This document shows positions 22,614 to 30,917 of a stretch of DNA of 64,000 nt, in pieces (positions within the stretch are counted from its first letter, which is position 1; every line of letters begins with the position of its first letter). Origin of the DNA: Candidatus Omnitrophota bacterium (lineage in GTDB: Bacteria; Omnitrophota; Gorgyraeia; Zapsychrales; JAKLDJ01); NCBI GenBank assembly GCA_022703585.1, contig JAKLDJ010000001.1:548006-612005 (forward strand), written 5' to 3'. Made by a program: the position numbers and the translations under genes. Under the pieces are notes generated by a model, which ran no database searches, was not told where the DNA came from, and saw nothing but the letters and a program-made list of their open reading frames with translations.

Positions 22614-24161
22614 TTAAGCCTTTTGCGATTTTAAGGGAAGCGTAAAGTGAAACGTTGTCCCTGTGCCGGCTTTACTGGTTACCCAGATTCTCCCTCCGTG
22701 GGCCTCGAGGATTTTTTTAACCAATACCAGCCCTAATCCGGTGCCTTTGACTACCTGATTCACCTCGTTGTCGACTCGGTAAAATTCGCTAAAGAGTTTC
22801 GGCAGTTCGTTCTCACTGATTCCTATCCCCGTATCGATGATTTGAAATAAGGCATTGTCTTTGTCCATTTGTGCATTGACTTTAATCGTGCCGTTTTGAG
22901 GGGTAAATTTAACGGCATTACTTAAGAGATTGATAAAGACCCTCTCGATTTGGGTGCTATCGACTAAGAGAGAAGGTATCTTCTGGTCGACACGCGTTTC
23001 AAACTGGATATTTTTATCTTTCATCTGCGGCGCCAGGAGATCCCGTATGCTCTCGATTAAAGTGACGATGTTGTGCTCTTCCAATTTCATCTCGACGCGG
23101 CCGGATTCGATTCGGGATATGTCGAGAAGGTCGTTAATCAATTTGACCAGATTGTCGGAGTGTTTATTGATTTTCTCCAGGCGTTCCTTGACCGCTGTGG
23201 GAATATCACCGACTTTTCCCGTTATTAAAATAGAAGCATATCCCTTGATGGAAGTCAAGGGGGTGCGCAGTTCGTGAGAAACGGCCGAAACGAAATCGGA
23301 TTTTGCCTTGCTGATCTCCTGGACCTTTTCTAGGGCCAAGGCGAGCTCTCTGGTCCTGTCCTGTATTTTGGATTCGAGCTCCTGGCGGGAGCGGTAAACC
23401 TGTTCAAAGAGATTGGCATTTTCAAGGGCCTGCCCGATTTGGTTAGAAAGGATAGAAATCAAATCCTCATCGCCCTCGGTAACGGGCATGTTTTCGGCTT
23501 GATTACCGACGAAGAATATGCCGATTAGCCCGTCCTGGGTCAGGATGGGGCTTAAGACAAAATGCCCCAATCCCAAAAGTTGTGTTATTTTTTCTCTTTT
23601 TTGTTTGGGGGCGTTTAATGACGAGATGGTGCGGCCCTCCAAGAGCAGGGTGCTTAAACTATGGTCTTTGACCAGACGAGAAAGGATTTCACTGACGGTT
23701 TCTTTGGAGAATCCAACCTCAATCCGGGCGTGGGCTTCTTTTTCTTTGTCGAACATCAAAACCAGAATTTTCTCAAAACCCAGTTCGCTAACGATGGCCT
23801 TACTCAGGCGTCTGAATATTTCTTCGGCATCGAGGGTGGTGCTAATGAGCCGCGAAATCCGGTCGAGGGCATTAAGACTGTTAAGCCGTTTTTCGAGTTC
23901 TTCTTGTGTTTTGTTGAGCTCCAGGTCGGTTTTGACGATTAACTTTGCCTGCTCATCCAAACTGTTAAACGAGTGACGCAGTTTATCGACGGCGGTCTTA
24001 AGCCTTTTAACCTGCTCCATCTTTAATATGGCAAGAAAAGCGAGGGCGACTATGATGGTAAGGATGACAATGCCCAGCATCACCCAGAAGGAGTCGATGC
24101 TGAATTCACCTGTTATTTTAGGAATCGTGTTCATGTGCGAGGATCCTTCGTCTAACCGCAA
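22614..24161 (-). CDS. Sensor histidine kinase (TM, GAF-like, HisKA, HATPase_c)
   Basis: H-box SHELRTPLTSIKGYASIL, N-box LLSNAVKFT and G-boxes IIDTGIGI / GTGLGLVLVKKI. There is an N-terminal TM helix. Confidence 0.85.
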   Translation of the reverse strand: MRLDEGSSHMNTIPKITGEFSIDSFWVMLGIVILTIIVALAFLAILKMEQVKRLKTAVDKLRHSFNSLDEQAKLIVKTDLELNKTQEELEKRLNSLNALDRISRLISTTLDAEEIFRRLSKAIVSELGFEKILVLMFDKEKEAHARIEVGFSKETVSEILSRLVKDHSLSTLLLEGRTISSLNAPKQKREKITQLLGLGHFVLSPILTQDGLIGIFFVGNQAENMPVTEGDEDLISILSNQIGQALENANLFEQVYRSRQELESKIQDRTRELALALEKVQEISKAKSDFVSAVSHELRTPLTSIKGYASILITGKVGDIPTAVKERLEKINKHSDNLVKLINDLLDISRIESGRVEMKLEEHNIVTLIESIRDLLAPQMKDKNIQFETRVDQKIPSLLVDSTQIERVFINLLSNAVKFTPQNGTIKVNAQMDKDNALFQIIDTGIGISENELPKLFSEFYRVDNEVNQVVKGTGLGLVLVKKILEAHGGRIWVTSKAGTGTTFHFTLPLKSQKA

Positions 24162-24280
24162 TACCTTGGTGCATGTTTTCCAGCATTAGTATAGCTTAAC
24201 TTTGGATGTGCTGTCAGCAGTGGTTTTAAGTATTTTGCCCCGCCCCACCCGAGGGGGCGCCGGAACCGACGGAAAAGGTT

Positions 24281-25471
24281 TTATGCAAGCGCCAGGATGA
24301 CAATGTTTCCGTTTTGAATATGCGCTTCACCGCCCGACTCTAGCGTTTTCAAAGGGGCAATTTCCCCGTAAGAGCACATGCCGATTAAAGGCACATCCAA
24401 CCCCAAGACATCCCGTACAATCTGGATTTCTTGTATCGTTTCCCTGCCCAGAAGTTTTTGACGTGCCATAGATTCAAAAATAATGACGACTTTAGGTTTA
24501 ACGCCTGCAAGGGCGTCTCGGGCCTGGGAAGCGGCATTATAAGCGGCCTGTTTGCAAAAATCTTTCTTGCCGATCATGACGTGAATCTCCGCCTCCTTGG
24601 GAACATCGCCCTGGCAAATGATATTGCCGTTGTCGGGCATGCCGATGGGGGCGAGCAAAATATAGTCTTCTCCGGTTTTCTGGCTACGGATACCTAAGGG
24701 ATAAAGAAAGCTAAGGGCAGCCGGTTGATTGGAAGAAAATCCTTTTAAGTCCTGGTTAAAATATTCCGCATAAATGCCGGAGGCTTTCTTCCCGTCGATC
24801 GTTTTGATGATATTATTTTCGGTGTTATCCGCTAAGCGGGGTTTTCCCAAAGGGCGCCAGCCATGGTCACTGCCGATGCCGATACGAGCCGCCCCGCCCA
24901 AAAGGAGGGCGGTTGCCGTATGATTGAAAGCCTTGTCTTTAAAGTACTGGCGTGTTTCTTTAAAAGAAAAATTATCGCTGCTTCCTGCTCCTATGACCGG
25001 AAAGGCTTTTCCTAGGATTTCTTGAGCGCCTCGAATGAGAGGGGAATTATTTTTTAATAACCCGTCAAAAAGAAGAATAAACGTTTGGCGCCGGTGTTCC
25101 CCAAAATCCATAACCGCGTTTCGGGCCAAGTCCGTTCCGGCGGCCCAGGCGTTGGTTGCGTTGATCTCGTGGACGACGGCTGCGCCGAACCGGATTTCGT
25201 CCGAACTTAAAGCCAAGACTGCGACCCCGCGCTTTTCCAGGCCCTGGGCGAGGATAATGCCTCCGGTTGAGCAGCCGATTGCCCTGGGGTTTCCCAGGGA
25301 CTGGTTGATAATTGGCAGGATTTCCTGGGGATTGTAGTGGGTACTGGCGAAGATGACGGCTATCTCGGCGGCGGGCTGTTTTAGCTGAGTTTTTGCCAGG
25401 TACGAGGCCTCGCGCGCCGCCGCGGCCGTGTTTTTCTCTCTGCTAAAACCGACACCGATATGAGTAGCCAT
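24281..25471 (-). CDS. FIST-domain sensory protein (FIST_N + FIST_C); first gene of the minus-strand signalling operon
   Basis: ~390 aa soluble protein whose architecture and composition are typical of FIST proteins. The call is by recall only. Confidence 0.55.
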   Translation of the reverse strand: MATHIGVGFSREKNTAAAAREASYLAKTQLKQPAAEIAVIFASTHYNPQEILPIINQSLGNPRAIGCSTGGIILAQGLEKRGVAVLALSSDEIRFGAAVVHEINATNAWAAGTDLARNAVMDFGEHRRQTFILLFDGLLKNNSPLIRGAQEILGKAFPVIGAGSSDNFSFKETRQYFKDKAFNHTATALLLGGAARIGIGSDHGWRPLGKPRLADNTENNIIKTIDGKKASGIYAEYFNQDLKGFSSNQPAALSFLYPLGIRSQKTGEDYILLAPIGMPDNGNIICQGDVPKEAEIHVMIGKKDFCKQAAYNAASQARDALAGVKPKVVIIFESMARQKLLGRETIQEIQIVRDVLGLDVPLIGMCSYGEIAPLKTLESGGEAHIQNGNIVILALA

Positions 25472-25647
25472 GTTTTGAGGAAAAGTTATTTCTTAAAAGG
25501 ACCTTCCGTCCGGGCAATCCCTGTCTAAGAATTCAAAATACAAATTATTCTATCATAATTTCAATAAGCCATCAGGGAAATTGTTGTATAATTTTGGGCA
25601 AAATGCTATAATTGAGCCCCACGTAAACAAAATACGCTTATGACGCT

Positions 25648-25677
25648 GGGCGCCCCCGCCTTCTGGCGGGGGCGCCC
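25648..25677. terminator. GC-rich perfect hairpin in the divergent intergenic region; a possible terminator or insulator
   Basis: GGGCGCCCCCGCC-TTCT-GGCGGGGGCGCCC with T-rich flanks on both sides. No upstream gene reads into it. Confidence 0.35.
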
Positions 25678-25801
25678 AGGTATTATTTCGCAAAGTTTGG
25701 CCCCATCGTAAGTGAGGGCATGATTTATGGAGTCCGAAGGACGACATAAATCAAAGCCCGAACTCATCCTGAGACGCGAAGCGGCGAAGGATCCGATCGC
25801 C

Positions 25802-26059
25802 ATGAACAGAATCTGGCATGTGTACATACTTGAGTGTGCTGATGGTAAACTTTATGTTGGTATTGCTTTAGATGTTCAAAAAAGATTTAAAGTGCATAAC
25901 CAGGGACTCGCTTGCCGGTTTACAAAATTCCGTCATCCAGTCCAATTGTTGTATAGTGAGCCGCAGATTGATTATCGTTCTGCCCGTAAGCGAGAAAAGG
26001 AATTGAAGGGATTTTCAAGAAGCAAAAAAATAACTTTGATTTCTAGAAATTTGAAATAA
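25802..26059 (+). CDS. Small GIY-YIG nuclease-family protein (YhbQ-like)
   Basis: IWHVYILECADGKLYVGIALDVQKRFKVHN matches the GIY-YIG core. The start is set at MNRIWHVY; the ORF-track start at 25727 is probably too long. Confidence 0.65.
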   Translation: MNRIWHVYILECADGKLYVGIALDVQKRFKVHNQGLACRFTKFRHPVQLLYSEPQIDYRSARKREKELKGFSRSKKITLISRNLK

Positions 26060-26207
26060 GGCTCTTCGACAGTGATTTTGCGTAAGCAAAATCATCCTGA
26101 GCGCAGCGAAGGATCTATAGAAGATTTAAGGTTTTTCAGCGGCTAAAATCCTCCTCTTTGTCGGATTTCTTAACGCCGCTTCAAAACCAATTTTGTTTCA
26201 CAAAATT

Positions 26208-26285
26208 GGCCCCATCGTCTAGCCTGGTTTAGGACAAATGGTTCTCAGCCATTAGACACCGGTTCAAATCCGGTTGGGGCTACCA
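26208..26285 (+). tRNA. tRNA-Glu, anticodon CTC; CCA encoded
   Basis: Manual fold: acceptor GGCCCCA/TGGGGCT, D-arm GTCTAGCCTGGTTTAGGAC, anticodon stem AATGG/CCATT with loop TTCTCAG, T-arm ACCGGTTCAAATCCGGT, then A-CCA. Confidence 0.8.
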
Positions 26286-26432
26286 AATATCTGCGATTTG
26301 CCCGCTCTTTCTGGTTTCATTCTCCCGCGCGTAATCGCGTCAAAATCACGAAAACGATTTTGACGCACGCGCGGGACTGCGTCGGGCAGCGCACTTGCGT
26401 TTGCTAACGCTCCGCAAGTGCGGCCCTCCTTG

Positions 26433-26449
26433 AAATCCGGTTGGGGCTA
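26433..26449 (+). repeat. Direct repeat of the tRNA-Glu 3' end (AAATCCGGTTGGGGCTA; 22 of 23 nt if the flanks are extended), 150 bp downstream, followed by TTTTTT
   Basis: It is identical to the T-arm and acceptor segment of the tRNA at 26208-26285. The intervening 26286-26432 contains three long perfect hairpins. Confidence 0.5.
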
Positions 26450-26577
26450 TTTTTTCATACCGGTTCCCGCCACGCCAGTTGGCGTGGCGAGGCTCGTCCC
26501 GCCTCTGGCGGGACGGCAAATCCGCTTAAGGTTGTTAATTTTCCGGTTCTCCGTCAACTGTTATTGTCGAGCATTTT

Positions 26578-27921
26578 TTGAGTGAATTTACCCCCCAAAA
26601 AGAATTAATCCTTATCAGCCCTTCGGGCGGCCACTGGTTTATCCGCCTGGTCTTCTTATTCTTTACCAAGAAAGATATTCCCCTGTCTTTGGTCATTCTC
26701 TCGGCCTTAACTCCCCGGCACTACAAAATAAAGATTTTTAACCAGAAATTGTTTTGGTTTAAGAAAGATTTTCCCTCTGAGGCGTTGGTGGGTATTACCT
26801 GCCTAACCTCTAATGCCCCGGCGGGTTACCGGCTGGCCCGGCGTTTTAAACAGGCGGGCTGCCGTGTGGTCATGGGTGGGCCGCATGTCGGCGCCCTGCC
26901 CCAGGAGGCATTGCAATATTGCGACAGCGTTGTCGTCGGAGAGGCAGAATCGGTGTGGGGAGAAGTTGTCAAAGATTTTGAAAATAATTCCCTACAAAAG
27001 ATATACCGCGGGCAGCCCCTGGAAGATTTCTTTTCTCCGGTTTTTGAATATTGTATGGGGCTCGATGACGCGATGCTCAAAAGATTAAGAATCTCTACCA
27101 GCCGGGGCTGCAAGTACCGATGTGAATTTTGTTCCCATCGCAATCTCTGGCCCCGCTATTTAAAGATAGGGCAGACTATTCCCCTGATTAAAAGAATGAA
27201 ACAAACCGCCCCCGGGGTTTCTTTCTTTGAGGAGCCCTCGGCCGCACCGATTAATTTTGAAGACGACAACATTTTCTCCGATCCCGCTTATGCCAAGAAA
27301 CTTTTTCAAGCCCTGATTCCCCTAAAAATCGAATGGGGATCCCAGGCGTCCGTCGATATCGCTTTTGACGAAGAGGCGCTGGACCTTGCCCGTCAAAGCG
27401 GCTGCAAACAGATTTTTATCGGCTTTGAAACTATCCATCCGCAAAATCTCCCCAAGGCCTCGGCGAACAAAATTGTTTCTGTCGAGGATTATCTTCAAGG
27501 TATCCGGAATATAAGAGCCCGCAAAATCAATGTCATCGGGGCGTTTATTCTCGGTTTTGACGATTATACGCACAAGGATTATTTTAAAATGCTCTTATTC
27601 CTGATGCGCAGCTTTGTGCGGGGCAGGTTATTCTGGATTTCTCTGACGATTTTGACCCCCTATCCGGGGTCGCAGCTTTTTGAGCGGCTCAAGAAAGAGG
27701 GCAGAATTAAAACCGTTCGCTGGGATAAATATGATGCCCTGTTTCATGTTGTTTTTAAGCCCAAGAACATGTCCGCGTTTTCTTTGATGATGTGGTACAG
27801 TATGATCAGGGTCTTTTCGGTGCCATTTTCTTCGCTGGGGGTCATGGTGATCGCCATTTGCTTCCTACTTCCTTTGGCGATTTGGTTTCTAATCGCTTTG
27901 GTTCTTTCGCGGCCTTTTTAG
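26578..27921 (+). CDS. B12-binding radical SAM protein with a C-terminal hydrophobic segment; TTG start, start uncertain
   Basis: Cobalamin-binding-like region (GITCLTSNAPAGY, RVVMGGPHV) and the radical-SAM CxxxCxxC motif in SRGCKYRCEFCSH. Confidence 0.75.
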   Translation: MSEFTPQKELILISPSGGHWFIRLVFLFFTKKDIPLSLVILSALTPRHYKIKIFNQKLFWFKKDFPSEALVGITCLTSNAPAGYRLARRFKQAGCRVVMGGPHVGALPQEALQYCDSVVVGEAESVWGEVVKDFENNSLQKIYRGQPLEDFFSPVFEYCMGLDDAMLKRLRISTSRGCKYRCEFCSHRNLWPRYLKIGQTIPLIKRMKQTAPGVSFFEEPSAAPINFEDDNIFSDPAYAKKLFQALIPLKIEWGSQASVDIAFDEEALDLARQSGCKQIFIGFETIHPQNLPKASANKIVSVEDYLQGIRNIRARKINVIGAFILGFDDYTHKDYFKMLLFLMRSFVRGRLFWISLTILTPYPGSQLFERLKKEGRIKTVRWDKYDALFHVVFKPKNMSAFSLMMWYSMIRVFSVPFSSLGVMVIAICFLLPLAIWFLIALVLSRPF

Positions 27922-28104
27922 AATCAAATAAAGATTTACTAAGAAAATATCTTTTTTGCCTTTCAATTCATATGGGTTTAAGAATAATACCGGCGATGAT
28001 GACGCGAAAAATGGATGAAAGATGTGGTTGAATTTTCTTTGGGTTATTGTACAATGAGGACTTCAATCAACAGAGTAAAAGCATCGGAATAAAACCTCTT
28101 CTTT

Positions 28105-28965
28105 TTGGTCTTTAAACATTTCTTTCCTAAAGTGAAAAAACGACGATATTTTCTGATTATTTTCTTGTGCATCATGAGCATTTCTTTTATTTGCTCCCCG
28201 GCCCAGGCCGCGAAAAAGAAAAAGAGCCGGCGGTATGCCGTTTCTGCCAAGTCGGCGATTCTGATGAACAGCACAAATTCAAAGCAACTGTTCGGCAAGA
28301 ATATTCATCGGGCCGTTCTTCCTGCCAGCACCGTTAAGGTGATGACCGCACTTTTGGTGCTCGAAAAATTACCGCTAGACAGAGTGATCACCATCGGCAA
28401 TCAGGCGGACACCGTCCAGCCCAGCAAGGTTAATCTAAAACCCGGAGAACATTACACGGTGGAGGACTTGTTATACGCAGCCCTGATGATGTCCGCGAAT
28501 GATGCGGCGGTTGTGTTGGCTGAAACGGTTGCAGGCTCGGAGGCGGAATTTATTAAATTAATGAACCAGCGTGCCCGGAAATTGGGGGCCAAGCATACGA
28601 GATTTGCCAATGCCCATGGCCTGCCGACCAAGAGAGAGCAGCATACAACCGCTTATGACATGTATCTCATTTTTCGCCAGGCGTTAAAACATCCTTTTTT
28701 CAAGGACGCGATGGTTTTACGATATAAAACAATCTCCTCTCAGGAAGGCAGAAAGATTTTTCTTAAGAATCACAACAAGCTGCTCTGGAAGGCCTGGAAA
28801 AATCCCGCGTACGGAAAAACCGGTTATACCCGCAAGGCCATGTCTTGTTTTGTCGGGTTTGTTAACAGAGGGGGAGAGACCCTTATTGTTGCTGTTTTTG
28901 GCTGCAGCCGGCGATGGGACGATATCCGTTATATTACGGCAAAATACGGTCGGGTGAGGCAATAA
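28105..28965 (+). CDS. D-alanyl-D-alanine carboxypeptidase (S11, PBP5/6-like) with a signal peptide
   Basis: SxxK (ASTVK), SxN (SANDAA) and KTG (KTGYT) motifs plus an N-terminal signal sequence. Confidence 0.8.
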   Translation: MVFKHFFPKVKKRRYFLIIFLCIMSISFICSPAQAAKKKKSRRYAVSAKSAILMNSTNSKQLFGKNIHRAVLPASTVKVMTALLVLEKLPLDRVITIGNQADTVQPSKVNLKPGEHYTVEDLLYAALMMSANDAAVVLAETVAGSEAEFIKLMNQRARKLGAKHTRFANAHGLPTKREQHTTAYDMYLIFRQALKHPFFKDAMVLRYKTISSQEGRKIFLKNHNKLLWKAWKNPAYGKTGYTRKAMSCFVGFVNRGGETLIVAVFGCSRRWDDIRYITAKYGRVRQ

Positions 28966-29062
28966 GCTCTGACGGTTCCCGGCAGGAGTCGGACTTAAAT
29001 TGATTAATTGAAAAGAATCCTATTTTAGGATAGAATAATTTTACCTAAAATAGAGGAATTAT

Positions 29063-29305
29063 ATGGAATATGATTTCAAAAAGGCAGTGGCATTTGGCTT
29101 GTGTATCCTCGGACTTTTGATCTTTTACGGGGTCTTGACAACTAAGCTTGACGTGATGGCCGATCAGGTCAGGGCGAATGTTGAGACGATTTCTTCTAAA
29201 TCAGACTGGGAAAATCTTTTGTACAAGAAAGCCGTTATTGAAGCTTCCCGAAACAAGCAACCCGAAACGGATAATGATCAAACCCTGAAAGAAGACCTGG
29301 AGTAA
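29063..29305 (+). CDS. Small hypothetical membrane protein (one TM helix)
   Basis: RBS AGAGGAATTATATG and the hydrophobic stretch AVAFGLCILGLLIFYGVL. Confidence 0.4.
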   Translation: MEYDFKKAVAFGLCILGLLIFYGVLTTKLDVMADQVRANVETISSKSDWENLLYKKAVIEASRNKQPETDNDQTLKEDLE

Positions 29306-29311
29306 GGACTG

Positions 29312-29674
29312 ATGAAAACCGAACGCCGCAAAAACCCCAGATTTGAGTGCCCGCCTTCGAGAGATTTCCTCATGGAAGCCGACGGGTCGCATGCATCGGC
29401 GATGATGGAGAATTTTAGTCGCAGCGGCTTAGGGCTTGAGAGTCTAAAGCCTTTGGAAGACGGCGCCGAGTATAAATTCAAGATTAGGCTGTCCGAGCAG
29501 GCGCAGGACCATGCCCTTGTCCCATGTGAGGTGCGCATCGTGTGGGTAAACGCCAAGGATAACCAGCAGGGATATGTCTGCGGGGCACAGATTACGCACA
29601 TGGCACCTTCCGATAAGACCGATATCTTGGATATTCTCTATGAAGACTGGAAGCGCAAGGCTGTTAGTGTTTAA
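29312..29674 (+). CDS. PilZ-domain protein (putative c-di-GMP receptor)
   Basis: RRKNPRF and a D/NxSxxG-like NFSRSGLGLE motif in a 120-aa beta-barrel-sized protein. Confidence 0.6.
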   Translation: MKTERRKNPRFECPPSRDFLMEADGSHASAMMENFSRSGLGLESLKPLEDGAEYKFKIRLSEQAQDHALVPCEVRIVWVNAKDNQQGYVCGAQITHMAPSDKTDILDILYEDWKRKAVSV

Positions 29675-29713
29675 CCACAGACCAAAAAACCTGTTTAGGA
29701 AAGAGGAGACCGC

Positions 29714-30583
29714 ATGAATAGTAGAATTATGTCACTCGCCCTTCTGATAGCCGCGAGCGGAGTCCTGGTGACCTCGCTTGTGTCTGCTAAAAAAATGGCC
29801 CAGGTGACTTTAGCCCCTCAGGTTTCGGAAATTATCAGCAACCAGAGGGCTATGGAGAAAAAGTTGGCTGCCATTGAAAGCAAATTAACCTCACTCCAGG
29901 CAGGCATTCGGGCCGGCGCCGGGCGTTTTGGCAACATGCCGCCAACCGCGGCTCAGCCTCCGGCAGAAGACCCGGATAAGGTCTATACCATTAACCAGGG
30001 CAGTTCATTGATCAAGGGTAATGAGAATGCCCGCGTGACGATTGTGGAATTTTCGGATTTCCAGTGTCCGTATTCCCAGAAGTTTCACTCTCTCATCGGA
30101 GAAGTTCTTAAAAGCTATCCGAATGACGTCAAATTTATCTTTAAGAATTTTCCCTTGCCGTTTCATTCGCAGGCTAAGCCGGCGGCAAAGGCTTCGTTAG
30201 CGGCCCGCGAACAGGGAAAATATTGGGAAATGGTTGAGGCATTATTTAAAGCAGGGCAGGAGGCAAGCGCCAGACCGCCCGCCCCCGGCGGCGAAGTGCC
30301 GTCGGAGCCGCAGGCCGACAGTATACCGGCAGGCTTAAGCGAAGAGAAATTCAAAGAGCTTGCCAAGAATATCGGCCTTGATGTTGACAAGTTTATGAGC
30401 GACTACAAAGAAAAAGATGCCGAATGGGAAAAGCTGATTGCAGAAGATATGGATGCTGTCCGCGCGGCGGAAGTCCGCGGGACGCCGACATTCTTCTTGA
30501 ACGGTAAGAAAACCAGGGCGCGGGATTTGGATTCTTTTAAAGCCGAAATAGACAAAATCCTGGGAGGCCCCGGAGGAAAATAG
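29714..30583 (+). CDS. Exported DsbA-like thioredoxin-fold protein with a CPYS (CxxS) active site
   Basis: Signal peptide, then VTIVEFSDFQCPYSQKF (thioredoxin motif with the second Cys replaced by Ser) and a later cis-Pro region (RGTPTFFLNG). Confidence 0.65.
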   Translation: MNSRIMSLALLIAASGVLVTSLVSAKKMAQVTLAPQVSEIISNQRAMEKKLAAIESKLTSLQAGIRAGAGRFGNMPPTAAQPPAEDPDKVYTINQGSSLIKGNENARVTIVEFSDFQCPYSQKFHSLIGEVLKSYPNDVKFIFKNFPLPFHSQAKPAAKASLAAREQGKYWEMVEALFKAGQEASARPPAPGGEVPSEPQADSIPAGLSEEKFKELAKNIGLDVDKFMSDYKEKDAEWEKLIAEDMDAVRAAEVRGTPTFFLNGKKTRARDLDSFKAEIDKILGGPGGK

Positions 30584-30640
30584 TTTTTTCGCACAAGGCG
30601 CATTCAACACGTTTTAAAATCATAGTTTAAGGGAGGAATC

Positions 30641-30901
30641 ATGACTCGATTAGGCGGTTTAACACATAAGCATTATAAAGAAACACACGGAATTAAAGTC
30701 GCGGGAGGCCAGCATGTTAAGTCAGGGACGATCCTGACCCGGGAAGGAGACCGATGGAAGCCGGGGCTTAATGTTTTAGGCCGCATTCTTCTGACGGCTG
30801 CCTGTGACGGAGAAGTGTACTTTACCAGGAAGATGGGCAAGTACAAAAGATCAATTACGCTTGTTAATATACGGCCCGAAGCACAGAAGGCCAAAAAGTA
30901 A
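30641..30901 (+). CDS. Ribosomal protein L27-like protein with a divergent, shortened N-terminus (no AHKKGGG motif)
   Basis: HGIKVAGGQHVKSGTILTREGDRWKPGLNVLGRI..DGEVYF aligns with L27 LGVKRFGGQ.V.AGNIIVRQRGT.F.PG.NVG.GRD.TLFA..DG.V.F. Perfect RBS AAGGGAGGAATCATG. Confidence 0.5.
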   Translation: MTRLGGLTHKHYKETHGIKVAGGQHVKSGTILTREGDRWKPGLNVLGRILLTAACDGEVYFTRKMGKYKRSITLVNIRPEAQKAKK

Positions 30902-30917
30902 CTTAAAAGGTCGCCCT

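Noticed and set aside
25560-25620. Two TATAAT hexamers (25588-25593, 25608-25613) as promoters for the GIY-YIG/tRNA-Glu side
   Set aside because: No convincing -35 element sits at the right spacing. Left unannotated.
17354-26455. Integrase-bearing genomic islands at tRNA-Leu or tRNA-Glu
   Set aside because: The segments between the tRNA 3'-end direct repeats are only 110-150 bp and non-coding. No integrase, excisionase or cargo genes were seen anywhere in the window.
30804-30917. Extended glmS start at 30804 overlapping the L27-like gene
   Set aside because: GlmS requires the N-terminal Cys immediately after Met (MCGIVGY), which is at 30918. The extension overlaps another gene in a different frame.
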